From the NCBI GenBank assembly GCA_963719315.1, contig CAVRBU010000004.1, positions 672,001 to 736,000 of the forward strand: a stretch of DNA of 64,000 nt, in the 5' to 3' direction. A program made the position numbers and the translations under genes. Within the stretch, counting starts at the first letter, position 1. Each line of letters begins with the position of its first letter. Origin of the DNA: an uncultured Planctomycetota bacterium (GTDB lineage Bacteria; Planctomycetota; Planctomycetia; Pirellulales; Lacipirellulaceae). The notes beneath the pieces are model-generated. The model ran no database searches. It was not told the DNA's origin and saw only the letters and a program-made list of their open reading frames with translations. Positions 50,345-60,012 of the stretch are shown piece by piece.

Positions 50345-53258
50345 TTGAATTCTGCTACTTCGACCACGCAGGCCGTGTCTGCGGACCAGGAGCGACTGGC
50401 TCGCATCCTCGACGACTATCTTGTCGCGATCGAACAAGGAAAGTCGGTCAGCCCCGAGGAACTGCTCGCAAAATATCCGGACGATGCGCCGCAACTTCGT
50501 GGATACCTGAGCGGCTTGCAATTGTTTCACGCCGCGGCGGCTGGTACGCAACAAGAGTCGGGAATTTCGGCCGGGAGCGGGGTTCCACAGGCGCTGCAGA
50601 CGATCGGCGACTACCGATTGGTCCGCGAAATCGGCCGCGGCGGCATGGGCGTGGTCTACGAGGCATGGCAAGTTTCCTTGCGACGGCGCGTGGCTCTCAA
50701 GGTTTTGCCATTCACGTCCGGCAACGATGCCAAGCAGATTGGTCGATTCAAGAATGAAGCCCAGGCCGCCGCCCAGGTGCAGCACCCGAACATCGTGCCC
50801 GTTTTCGCGGTTGGCGAAGAATCCGGCGTGCATTATTACGTAATGCAACTCATCGAAGGGCAATCACTCACAAGTCTACTCGGCGCGATGCGGAGCGGTG
50901 GCGAGCCATCGGGAGGCACCACGGCGCCGAATAACACGCTGACGGAGAATTTATGTCGTAGCGACTCGGTTTCAAAGCACCCTCATCCTGCCCACTTCCA
51001 GAAGGAGAAGGTTTCGAACCAGAGCAGCGAGAAGTCGCAGCCGATGCGCTCCAGTGAAACGGCCGATCACATTTGCGTTGTGGCGCGGCTTGGCATCCAG
51101 GCGGCGGAAGCCCTGCACGCGGCCCACGAATACGGCATCGTCCATCGCGACGTAAAACCCTCGAACCTGCTGCTCGACGATCAGGGTAAGCTCTGGATCA
51201 CTGATTTTGGCCTGGCCCGCTGCCGCGAAGATCAGGGCCTCACGCAAACCGGCGACGTGCTCGGTACGATGCGCTACATGAGCCCGGAGCAAGCCCTTGG
51301 CCGCACGGCGTTAGTGGATCAGCGAACCGATGTGTACTCGCTCGGCCTGACGATGTACGAGTTGGCGACGCTCAATCACCCGGCCGACGAAATCGGCGAT
51401 GCGCAACTCTATTTCGATCGCAATCGGCCGGTCCCCAAACCGCTGCGGCATTGGAACCGGCACATACCTGCCGATTTTCAAACGATCGTGTTGAAAAGCA
51501 TGGCGGAGTTTCCTCACGAACGGTACAGCTCGGCACGCGAACTGGCCGACGATTTGGAGCGCTTCCTCGAAGGCCGGCCAATTATGGCCAGTCCGCCGAA
51601 CTTGCTCTCGCGGGCCGGCAAATGGGCTAAGCGGCGGCGGGGAGTGGTCTACGCGGCTGCAGCGGTGCTGCTGGTGGCGATTTTGGGAACGGCGACTAGC
51701 ACGGTCATGCTCTCTCAACAGAAGAATGCGGCCAATGAGCGCGCCTTGCTGCAAGCCAAGGATCATCTCCGACAGTACGACGAATTACTCAGCCAATTCA
51801 CCATGAAGTATGCCGACGAACTGGCGGCGATTCCCGGCGCCGAGGGAGTGCGGCATGAAATGTTGCAAGACGGAATCGAATCCTATCTGCGTTTCGAGAA
51901 GCAAGCGGCCGAAGTTCCCCTTTTCGCAATCGATGCGGCGATTGCGCAAGGCAAGTTGGGGGCGCTCAACGAAAAACTGGGAAATCGGCAGCAGGCCTTG
52001 ACGGCCCACCAAAAGGCCAAGGAGGCGTGGGAGGAACGACTGTCGCGCGAGCCGAGCAACGCGCAGTTCGCCCGCGGCTTGGCTCTATGTTTGAACAATC
52101 TAGGATTGCTGCTCGCGGACGACGGCCGGCCGGAGGAAGCCCTCTCACTGCTGCGGCGCGCTTGCGAGTTGCAGTCGTCCGCAGCCGCGGGCGACTCGAC
52201 CGCCACGGATATGGCAAACGAATTTGCGACAACGCACTGCAATCTGGGCCTCGTCCTCGCGAAGACGAATGCCAAGAAGGACGCGATCAAGGAACTTCGA
52301 GCGGCGATCGAAATCCAGGAGCCGCTGTCGAAAGCGGCGGCGCCCGACGAAGCCGTATTGCGTGGCCTGGCGGCTAGCTACAACAATCTGGCTTCTTTGC
52401 AAGAAGCGGATATGCCGCAAGCGGCCGGCGCTGCGTATCAGCGGGCGATCGATATTCAACTGAAATTAGTGAAGGCCAATCCGCTCAACCGAATTCACCG
52501 GGGCGATATGGCGCGGACCAACAACAACCTTGGGTTTTTGGCGTCTCGAAACAAGGATTGGTTGAAGGCGGAACTCTCTTACGCCAATGCAATTCGACTG
52601 CAAGAGGAGCTCGTGCAGGCTTCGCCGTTGGCCGGATCGTATCGACGCGATCTGGCCATCAGTCTCAACAATTTGGGAATGGTGCAAAGCCGCGAGAATC
52701 ATTTCGCGGAAGCCGAGGCTTCGTTCCAGAAAGCCACAATGCTGCAAAACAAGCTGCTGGCAGTTCAGCCGAACGACGTCCAAACGCTGAGCAATCAAGG
52801 GAGCGTGTGGAACAATTTGGGCTCTTTGTTCGATCGGCAGCAACGGTATGCCGATGCGGCACAACCTTATCGGCAAGCCATCGATTGCCAAATTCGAGCC
52901 TTGCACGGTGCCGACCAACGACTCGATTCGCGGCCTGTTGAGCCGCCACTATTACAATTACGCGCGGAACTTCGCGATGCAGGCCAAATATCGGGAAGCG
53001 ATCGACATGGCGATGGAACGCAAAAAGTTATGGCCCGGCAATGCCGAACGGCTGTATTCCGTCGCGCAAGAGTTGGCCGGAATATATCAACTGATGAGCG
53101 GTAAGCCGGAGACTGCGAATGCAACCGCGGCTTGCGTTGAGGCAGCGGCTAGCACCTTGCGCGAGGCACTCGCGGCCGGACTGTCGCGCGATCGATTGAA
53201 GGATCGGTCGCTGTCCGGTCTTACGACGTTCGAAAGATTTCCGGCGGCTGATGAATGA
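50345..53258 (+). CDS. Membrane Ser/Thr protein kinase with C-terminal TPRs (frameshift near 52905)
   Basis: IGRGGMGVVY, VALKVL, HRDVKPSN, DFGLA, GTMRYMSPEQ; TM helix; NNLG TPR repeats. Confidence 0.9.
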
Positions 53259-53321
53259 CTCGCAAATCGGTCTTGTGACGCCGGCTGATGGAGAGAAAGT
53301 GAACTAATTCTTGTATCAATA

Positions 53322-53402
53322 GTAGGTCCCGCTTGCCGAGCGGGACCTTGAAGTCGCAAAATCGACTATTCGCAAAGGTCTCTTCCGGCAGAAGCGACCT
53401 AC
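53322..53402. repeat. GTAG-type REP doublet
   Basis: GTAG-GTCCCGCT-TGCCG-AGCGGGAC ... GGTCTCTTCCGGCAGAAGCGAC-CTAC. Confidence 0.6.
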
Positions 53403-53484
53403 ACGGACTTTTGAGTCAATGCATACTTCTGTGGTTAATAGAAGCGAATTGTCGAGCTCTTAACTTTTTGTGTGTCGCACGGTC

Positions 53485-55002
53485 ATGTTCAAGCAGTGGA
53501 AAACAATCCGAGCAAGTAATCGGTCACGGTCCGCGGCGCACGGCGAGCGCGCGCGCTTGCGCCGCCAGATCGAGCGGTTGGAAGAGCGCGCGATGCTTTC
53601 AGTATCGATCGGACAGATGCCGATCGCGGACGGTGTATACGTTGGCGCGTTGCAGAATGTCGGCGCACCGCGCGATGCTGATGCGGCGATGTTTGCTCCG
53701 CCCGAATACCTTGACGGCGGCCCGGCATTTCAATCGTACTCAACTGAGAGTTTGCCGGTCGCTCTGCGTGAGCCGCGATTAGCGCCGATGTCGCTGGTGC
53801 AAGGCCTCGACTCGGAAGTTGGAGGTTTCGGCTACGCATCGTCGCGTGAGCCTGTGAAGAATCAATTCCTATCTTCACCGCCGCCACAGCCGACCGCGAT
53901 TTACGTCGTGACGATTGTCGTCACGAACGCGCCCGTCATGGCGGGTGACTTCTGGTATTCTCCGGCCCCAGCGACACCTCCTTCGAATGCGAAGAGTTCG
54001 TTGCCGCTTGTATCGTCACCGCTGAAATCGTCCCCGTTGGTGTCGTCGCCGATCGTCGGTCCAAAATCCAACAGCACAGGACAAGGAGCGGAATCTTCTC
54101 CTGGTGAGTCGCCGCTCCATGCGAACTACTCGTATTTAACTTCGCTGACGCTGCCTACGCCGCTAGCGGCCATTCCGACCGCAGCTCAGATCGTATCTCG
54201 CAATATCGATTCGGCCGCATTGTTTCCGGCCGGAGCGCTCGACGCGGCGTTCCAGTCGTATTCTTCACGGCTGTTGTTGGTGGCCACACCGACGACTGCG
54301 AACGACCGCACGCTTGTCGATTCGGTGGATGATGCGATGACGGCGCATGGTGAGGCGTTGAGCGGTTTCATTCGGCCGAGCGATTTGAGGATCGTCGATG
54401 ACGCCCTCACTTCAATGGACGCCGTCCAGCGCGAACGCGACGCAGTGGACGCGGTGCTGCACGATTTGCACGAGTTCGATGCACCACTCTGGGATGCCAC
54501 GAGTGTGTCGCAGAACGGCGATCGCGCGGTTGAAACTACGGTCGATGTGGAGCTTCGCCTTCCGTCGTCCGACGGATTTTCGGGCATTGCTCCATTCAAC
54601 GACGCGGAAGGCGGCATGGTGATGCTCGAGGCCAGTGGCGACGCGAACGAAAGTGCAATCAATCTGATTGGCGCGGACGATGGCCAGGTCGATTTGCTCC
54701 AATCGCATGCTGGAGTCGAGACGGCCGTTGGCTTCTACCAGGCGATCGACGTAGCCACGGAGGACGTGCCTGTAGCAAATCTTCCGACCGTTATTCCGGC
54801 GACCGAATCGGCGCCTGCAATGCCGAGCGACACTCGATTCTCGACCGAAAACGAAACGAAGTCTTCGGACAAGGCCGCCGCTGCGATCGGCGCGACGGCC
54901 TTTGTGGGCGCAATGTTGTGGGTCGGCAGCAAACGTCGGTCGGACGACGACTGGGACGCATTTTCCGCTAGCAAGAAAAATTGCCGCACGATTGCTTCGT
55001 AG
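53485..55002 (+). CDS. Planctomycete extracellular low-complexity protein with C-terminal membrane anchor
   Basis: IERLEERAMLS leader; Ser/Pro/acidic body; terminal hydrophobic helix + KRR. Confidence 0.55.
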   Translation: MFKQWKTIRASNRSRSAAHGERARLRRQIERLEERAMLSVSIGQMPIADGVYVGALQNVGAPRDADAAMFAPPEYLDGGPAFQSYSTESLPVALREPRLAPMSLVQGLDSEVGGFGYASSREPVKNQFLSSPPPQPTAIYVVTIVVTNAPVMAGDFWYSPAPATPPSNAKSSLPLVSSPLKSSPLVSSPIVGPKSNSTGQGAESSPGESPLHANYSYLTSLTLPTPLAAIPTAAQIVSRNIDSAALFPAGALDAAFQSYSSRLLLVATPTTANDRTLVDSVDDAMTAHGEALSGFIRPSDLRIVDDALTSMDAVQRERDAVDAVLHDLHEFDAPLWDATSVSQNGDRAVETTVDVELRLPSSDGFSGIAPFNDAEGGMVMLEASGDANESAINLIGADDGQVDLLQSHAGVETAVGFYQAIDVATEDVPVANLPTVIPATESAPAMPSDTRFSTENETKSSDKAAAAIGATAFVGAMLWVGSKRRSDDDWDAFSASKKNCRTIAS

Positions 55003-55118
55003 TAATCTCTTGCGGTTTTTTCACTTACGTCGTGAATATTCCGCTCGCGGTGTAAGCTCGCCCCGCTCTTCTGCTATACTCGTCGGCTCTGGCACACGAT
55101 TCGCAGAGTTGGCGGCTT

Positions 55119-56237
55119 ATGGGCACGGATATCGGATTGGGCGTGATTGGCTGCGGGGGGTTTGGTCTGTTTGCGCTGCAGCAGTTCATGCAAGTGCCTG
55201 GAATTCGATTGGCAGGCATGGCGGCCACCGCGCGGCCGGCGGCTCAGGCCGCGGCACGCCGCTACGGGCTCGAAGATCTAGAAGATATCGATCGGCTGCT
55301 GGCGCGCTCCGAGGTTGATCTCGTCTATATCGCCACGCCACCGTTCTTGCACTTCGAGCAAGCGAAGAGGGCGCTCGAAGCGGGGAAGCACGTCATTTGC
55401 GAAAAGCCCCTCGCGCTGACGGTCGAGCAGGCCGATGAATTGATTGCAATCGCGCGGCGGGGCGATCGGCTGCTCGTGGCAAACCTGATGCAACGCTATA
55501 ATCCGCTCTTCGATCTCGTTCGGCAAGTGATTGAACGCCAACCCCTGGGCGAATTACTGCACGGTTACTTCGAAAACTACGCGTCCGACGAAAACCTGCC
55601 GGCCCAGCATTGGTTTTGGGATCGCGCAAAGAGCGGCGGCATCTTCGTCGAGCATGGCGTGCACTTCTTCGATATGTTCGCCGGCTGGCTGGGCGCGGGC
55701 AAAGTCGTCGCGGCCCAGGCGAGCTGCCGAGCGGGCACGAACATCGAGGACCAGGTGCAATGCACGGTAAGTTATGGCGCCGGCGTGCACGTGAATTTTT
55801 ATCATGGGTTTCATCAGCCGGGCCGCTTGGATCGCCAGGAATTGCGGCTCATATTCGAGCGTGGCGATTTGTTGCTGCTCGGTTGGGTGCCGACCTATGC
55901 ACGAATCCACGCGGTTGCCGACGAAGCAAACACGCGTGAATTGTGCGAATTGTTTCCCGGGATGCGAATCGATGTGCTGACCGCCTACGGTCCGAAGGAT
56001 CGCCATTGCGCAGGACACGGGCGCGAATACGACGTTTATCAAGAGTTCGAGTTGCACTGGGGCGATTGGCGGCAGAAGTCGCGGACGTACTGCGAATTGC
56101 TTCGCGGGTTCATGGCGGACCAGGTGGCCTGGGTCCGCGACCGCGGACACGTGCGAAAGACCACCGAACAGAACGGGCGCGATTCGGTCGCCGTGGCATG
56201 TGCCGCCGACCGAATGGCACATCCCGGGTGTAGCTGA
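55119..56237 (+). CDS. Gfo/Idh/MocA NAD-dependent oxidoreductase
   Basis: GVIGCGGFG, VYIATPP..H, GKHVICEKP, SGGIFVEHGVHFFD. Confidence 0.9.
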   Translation: MGTDIGLGVIGCGGFGLFALQQFMQVPGIRLAGMAATARPAAQAAARRYGLEDLEDIDRLLARSEVDLVYIATPPFLHFEQAKRALEAGKHVICEKPLALTVEQADELIAIARRGDRLLVANLMQRYNPLFDLVRQVIERQPLGELLHGYFENYASDENLPAQHWFWDRAKSGGIFVEHGVHFFDMFAGWLGAGKVVAAQASCRAGTNIEDQVQCTVSYGAGVHVNFYHGFHQPGRLDRQELRLIFERGDLLLLGWVPTYARIHAVADEANTRELCELFPGMRIDVLTAYGPKDRHCAGHGREYDVYQEFELHWGDWRQKSRTYCELLRGFMADQVAWVRDRGHVRKTTEQNGRDSVAVACAADRMAHPGCS

Positions 56238-56311
56238 AGTCGCAGGACTTCAGAACGGATCAAGAGCAAGGTATAGTCGGAATTCTTGCGAATTCCGCTA
56301 CGAAGAACGTC

Positions 56312-57367
56312 ATGATTGAACGACTCGCTACCCATTTGTTGTTGCGACCACAGGACTTGCCTCCAAGCCATCCCGATTGGGAAGTGATTGGCGTATTTAA
56401 CCCCGGTGTCGTGCGGCATGGTGACACGACTGTGATCTTGGCCCGGGTTGTGGAGCGACCGCGGGAGAAGCGGCCGGGCTGGACGGCACATCCCCGCTGG
56501 TCGCCGGACAAAGGCTACGTGGTCGACTGGGTTGAAAATCACCATTTGAAGGCGGACGACCCACGCGTCATGCGGCACCTGGAGACCGGGCTGGTGCGCC
56601 TGACGTTTATCTCGCATTTGCGCGTGTTCTACAGTCGCGATGGACGAACGGTGGAGAAGGAACGCGGGCCCTTGTTTCTGCCGGCCAACGAGATGGAAGA
56701 GTTCGGCCTGGAGGATCCGCGGATCACGCCGCTTGATGGGCGGTACTACATCACGTATGTCTCCGTCTCGCGCCACGGCCCGGCGACGGCCCTCGCCTCG
56801 ACGAAGGATTTCAAAACGCTGGAGCGGCACGGGATCATTTTTTGCCCGGAGAATAAGGACGTCGTGCTGTTGCCCGAGCGGGTGAACGGCCAGTACGTCG
56901 CGTTGCATCGCCCGCTGGGCGAGATGCCGTTTTGCCGGCCGGAAATGTGGATCGCGCGGTCCAACGACCTCGTGCAATGGGGCGACCATCGGTATCTGTT
57001 CTCGGGGGCCGGAGAATGGGAAGATGGTCGCGTCGGTGCCGGAACCCCGCCGCTGGCCGTGCCCGATGGCTGGCTCGAAATCTATCACGGCAATCGCATG
57101 CCTGAGATTGTGGGCGAAGTCGGCGCGTACTGCGCGGGGGCGATGTTGCTGGCGAAAGACGATCCCTGCCGCGTGCTCAAAGTAACCCGCGAGCCGATCC
57201 TGGAACCGCAATGTGAATTCGACAAAGAAGGGTTTGTAAGCAAGGTCGTATTCCCGACGGGAGTTGTGGAAGAGGACGATCGACTGCTAATTTATTATGG
57301 CGCATCGGATAAGTATTGCGCGATGGCGGAAGTTTCGAGGGACGACGTAATGAGTGCGCTCGGTTAA
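56312..57367 (+). CDS. GH130 family mannoside phosphorylase/hydrolase
   Basis: VFNPG, GLEDPRIT, NKDVVL.PE, LHRP, GAGTPP, WLEIYHG, VVFPTG, YYGASD. Confidence 0.85.
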   Translation: MIERLATHLLLRPQDLPPSHPDWEVIGVFNPGVVRHGDTTVILARVVERPREKRPGWTAHPRWSPDKGYVVDWVENHHLKADDPRVMRHLETGLVRLTFISHLRVFYSRDGRTVEKERGPLFLPANEMEEFGLEDPRITPLDGRYYITYVSVSRHGPATALASTKDFKTLERHGIIFCPENKDVVLLPERVNGQYVALHRPLGEMPFCRPEMWIARSNDLVQWGDHRYLFSGAGEWEDGRVGAGTPPLAVPDGWLEIYHGNRMPEIVGEVGAYCAGAMLLAKDDPCRVLKVTREPILEPQCEFDKEGFVSKVVFPTGVVEEDDRLLIYYGASDKYCAMAEVSRDDVMSALG

Positions 57368-57369
57368 GA

Positions 57370-57456
57370 ATCTCTCGCCGAAGCGCAGAGGATGCAGAGA
57401 GTATACCAAAGGGAAAGCCAAAGAAACTCCGCGGCGTCTACGCCTCTGCGTGAGAT
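57370..57456. repeat. Inverted array of 9-mers (CGCAGAGnn)
   Basis: ATCTCTCGCCGAAGCGCAGAGGATGCAGAG ... CTCCGCGGCGTCTACGCCTCTGCGTGAGAT. Confidence 0.55.
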
Positions 57457-57506
57457 GTTTTGTTTGTTGTTTGCCGGATTGATTTAAGGAATCGGCGAAA
57501 TCTCTT

Positions 57507-59756
57507 ATGGCCAGTAGTGCGAAGATTCAAAAGGTAGCTTTTTTGGGCGACTATCTGCCCCGCAAATGCGGCATCGCCACGTTCACGCACGACTTGCGGC
57601 ACGCGGTCGGCGGACAGTATCCGGCCGTCGAGTGCAGCGTGGTGCCGGTGAACGACATTGATGGCGGCTACGACTATCCGGCTGAAGTCCGCTTTGAAAT
57701 TCAAGAACAGGAGCTCGCTTCCTATCGCCGGGCGGCGGATTTCTTGAATTTCGCCAATGTGGATGTCGTTTGCTTGCAGCACGAATTCGGTATCTACGGC
57801 GGCGCGGCGGGTGGGCACATACTAGCCTTGCTGCGCGATCTGCGCGTACCGGTCGTCAGCACGCTGCATACGGTTTTGGAGCAGCCGAACGACGACCAAC
57901 TTCGCGTCATGCGTAGACTGTGCGAGCTCTCGGCGCGGGTCGTCGTCATGGCCGAGCGCAGCCAAAAATTCTTGATCAATCTCTACGGGGTGCCAGCGGA
58001 GAAAATCGACCTGATTCCGCACGGCATCCCCGATATGCCGTTTGTGGATTCGAACTTTTTCAAGGACCAGTTCGATGTCGAAGGCAAGTTCGTCGCGCTG
58101 ACGTTCGGGCTCCTCTCGCCCAATAAGGGAATTGAAAACGTTTTGCAGGCGATGCCCAAAGTTATCGCCCAATCTCCCGACTTCGTGTACATCATTCTGG
58201 GCGCCACGCATCCGAATCTCGTGCGGCAGCATGGCGAAATTTATCGCCTCAGCCTGGAGCGGTTGGCGCAAAAACTCGATATCCAGAAGCACGTCATCTT
58301 TTACAATCGATTCGTCGAGCTGCAGGAATTGACCGAATTCATCGGGGCTGCCGACATCTATCTTACGCCCTATCTGAACGCGGCCCAGGCCGTTTCCGGC
58401 ACGCTTGCCTACGCATATGGTTGCGGCAAGGCGGTGATTTCGACGCCCTATTGGCACGCGGAGGAGTTGTTGGCCGACGATCGTGGCATTTTGGTTCCGT
58501 TCGGTGATTCGGACGCGATCGCCCGGGCGGTTATCGAACTCTGGGAGGACGACACCCGGCGCAATGCCATGCGTAAACGGGCCTACCTGATGGGCCGCGA
58601 AATGATTTGGAGTCACGTCGCCCACATGTACATGGAATCGTTTCAGCGAGCCCGTCACAGTCGGCCACCGGCGCTGGCAAAAACGCGGGCCGTGCGTACC
58701 CTGGATGAAGAGCCGCCGCAGTTTCCGAAAATGCAGTTCGGGCATTTGCTGCAGATGACCGATTACACGGGCGTCATTCAACATGCCACGTATTCGATCC
58801 CGAATTTTCAAGAAGGCTATTGTTTAGACGATAATGCCCGCGCGCTCGTCTTGATGGTCTTGGTTGAGGAGCTGGGGCTCGACTCGGTTGAGCTTCAGCG
58901 GGCGGCCACGACCTACGCTGCCTTTTTGAATTATGCGTTCGACATTCCGTCTGGACGTTTCCGCAACTTCTTGAGCTTCGATCGAAATTGGCTGGAAGAC
59001 GAGGGGTCGGACGATTCGGTGGGCCGAGCGGCATGGGCGGTCGGCGCGTGCATTGGGCGCACGAAGCGGCGTGCATTTCACTCGTGGGCGGCTCAATTAT
59101 TCGAACCGGCGGTGAACGCCGTGGCGCAAACCTCTTCACCCCGCGCGTGGGCGTTCGCGCTGATCGGCATCCATGAATACTTGCGCCGGATGAGCGGCGA
59201 TCGGCTGATGAATCAGTACCGCGACGCACTAACGGCCCGGCTCATCGAGCTGTATGTGCACAGCGCGAGCGAAGGCTGGCCCTGGTTCGAGCCCACGGTC
59301 TCGTACGACAATGCAAAGATTCCTCACGCATTGATCCTCAGCGGGCGGTGGGCGAACAACCCCCAGGCGTTGGAAATCGGTCTCCGCACGTTGCACTGGC
59401 TGGCCGACGTACAGCGCGCTCCGGCCGGCCATTTCCGGCCGATCGGATCGGAAGGTTTCTACAGCCAGGGCCGCCCGCCGGCGCAGTTCGATCAGCAGCC
59501 GCTGGAAGCCCACTCGATGGTCTCGGCCGCCATCGAGGCCTATCGGGCGACCGGCGACCCCCACTGGATGGTGCAGGCGAGAATGGCATTTGAGTGGTTT
59601 ACCGGTCGCAACGACTTGGGACTACCGGTTTGCGATGCCAGTACCGGAGCCTGCTGCGACGGTTTGCACGCGGATCGTGTGAATCAGAACCAGGGGGCCG
59701 AATCGACCTTGGCTTATTTGCTCGCACTTGCTGAAATGCAGCTTGTGGAGAGTTAG
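57507..59756 (+). CDS. GT4 glycosyltransferase fused to a six-hairpin glycosidase-like domain
   Basis: YLPRKCGIATFT, LQHEFGIYGG, FGLLSPNKGIE, SGTLAYA, STPYWHAEELL; C-terminal GYCLDDNARAL, FDQQP, NQNQGAES. Confidence 0.85.
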   Translation: MASSAKIQKVAFLGDYLPRKCGIATFTHDLRHAVGGQYPAVECSVVPVNDIDGGYDYPAEVRFEIQEQELASYRRAADFLNFANVDVVCLQHEFGIYGGAAGGHILALLRDLRVPVVSTLHTVLEQPNDDQLRVMRRLCELSARVVVMAERSQKFLINLYGVPAEKIDLIPHGIPDMPFVDSNFFKDQFDVEGKFVALTFGLLSPNKGIENVLQAMPKVIAQSPDFVYIILGATHPNLVRQHGEIYRLSLERLAQKLDIQKHVIFYNRFVELQELTEFIGAADIYLTPYLNAAQAVSGTLAYAYGCGKAVISTPYWHAEELLADDRGILVPFGDSDAIARAVIELWEDDTRRNAMRKRAYLMGREMIWSHVAHMYMESFQRARHSRPPALAKTRAVRTLDEEPPQFPKMQFGHLLQMTDYTGVIQHATYSIPNFQEGYCLDDNARALVLMVLVEELGLDSVELQRAATTYAAFLNYAFDIPSGRFRNFLSFDRNWLEDEGSDDSVGRAAWAVGACIGRTKRRAFHSWAAQLFEPAVNAVAQTSSPRAWAFALIGIHEYLRRMSGDRLMNQYRDALTARLIELYVHSASEGWPWFEPTVSYDNAKIPHALILSGRWANNPQALEIGLRTLHWLADVQRAPAGHFRPIGSEGFYSQGRPPAQFDQQPLEAHSMVSAAIEAYRATGDPHWMVQARMAFEWFTGRNDLGLPVCDASTGACCDGLHADRVNQNQGAESTLAYLLALAEMQLVES

Positions 59757-60012
59757 CAAGCAGCCAAAATACGGGCATTCAACGGGTGCCTAGGGCATCG
59801 CTCTAGCTGTCTTATTGGACGCTGGCCCATTCCCCCCGCCACCCGAGCCACCGCCAAATCCTACCTCACTGCTGTACGCATCGTAGCTCGATGTTTGTAT
59901 GCTTGGCGACCCAGGCGACCCGGCGGTTAGTTCAAATTCTCGCAGTTAAAAAGTTCGCTCAGGCGCTACAAGCATTGGATGCTTGGTTTATTGTGAAGAC
60001 AGGGAAGTTGTC

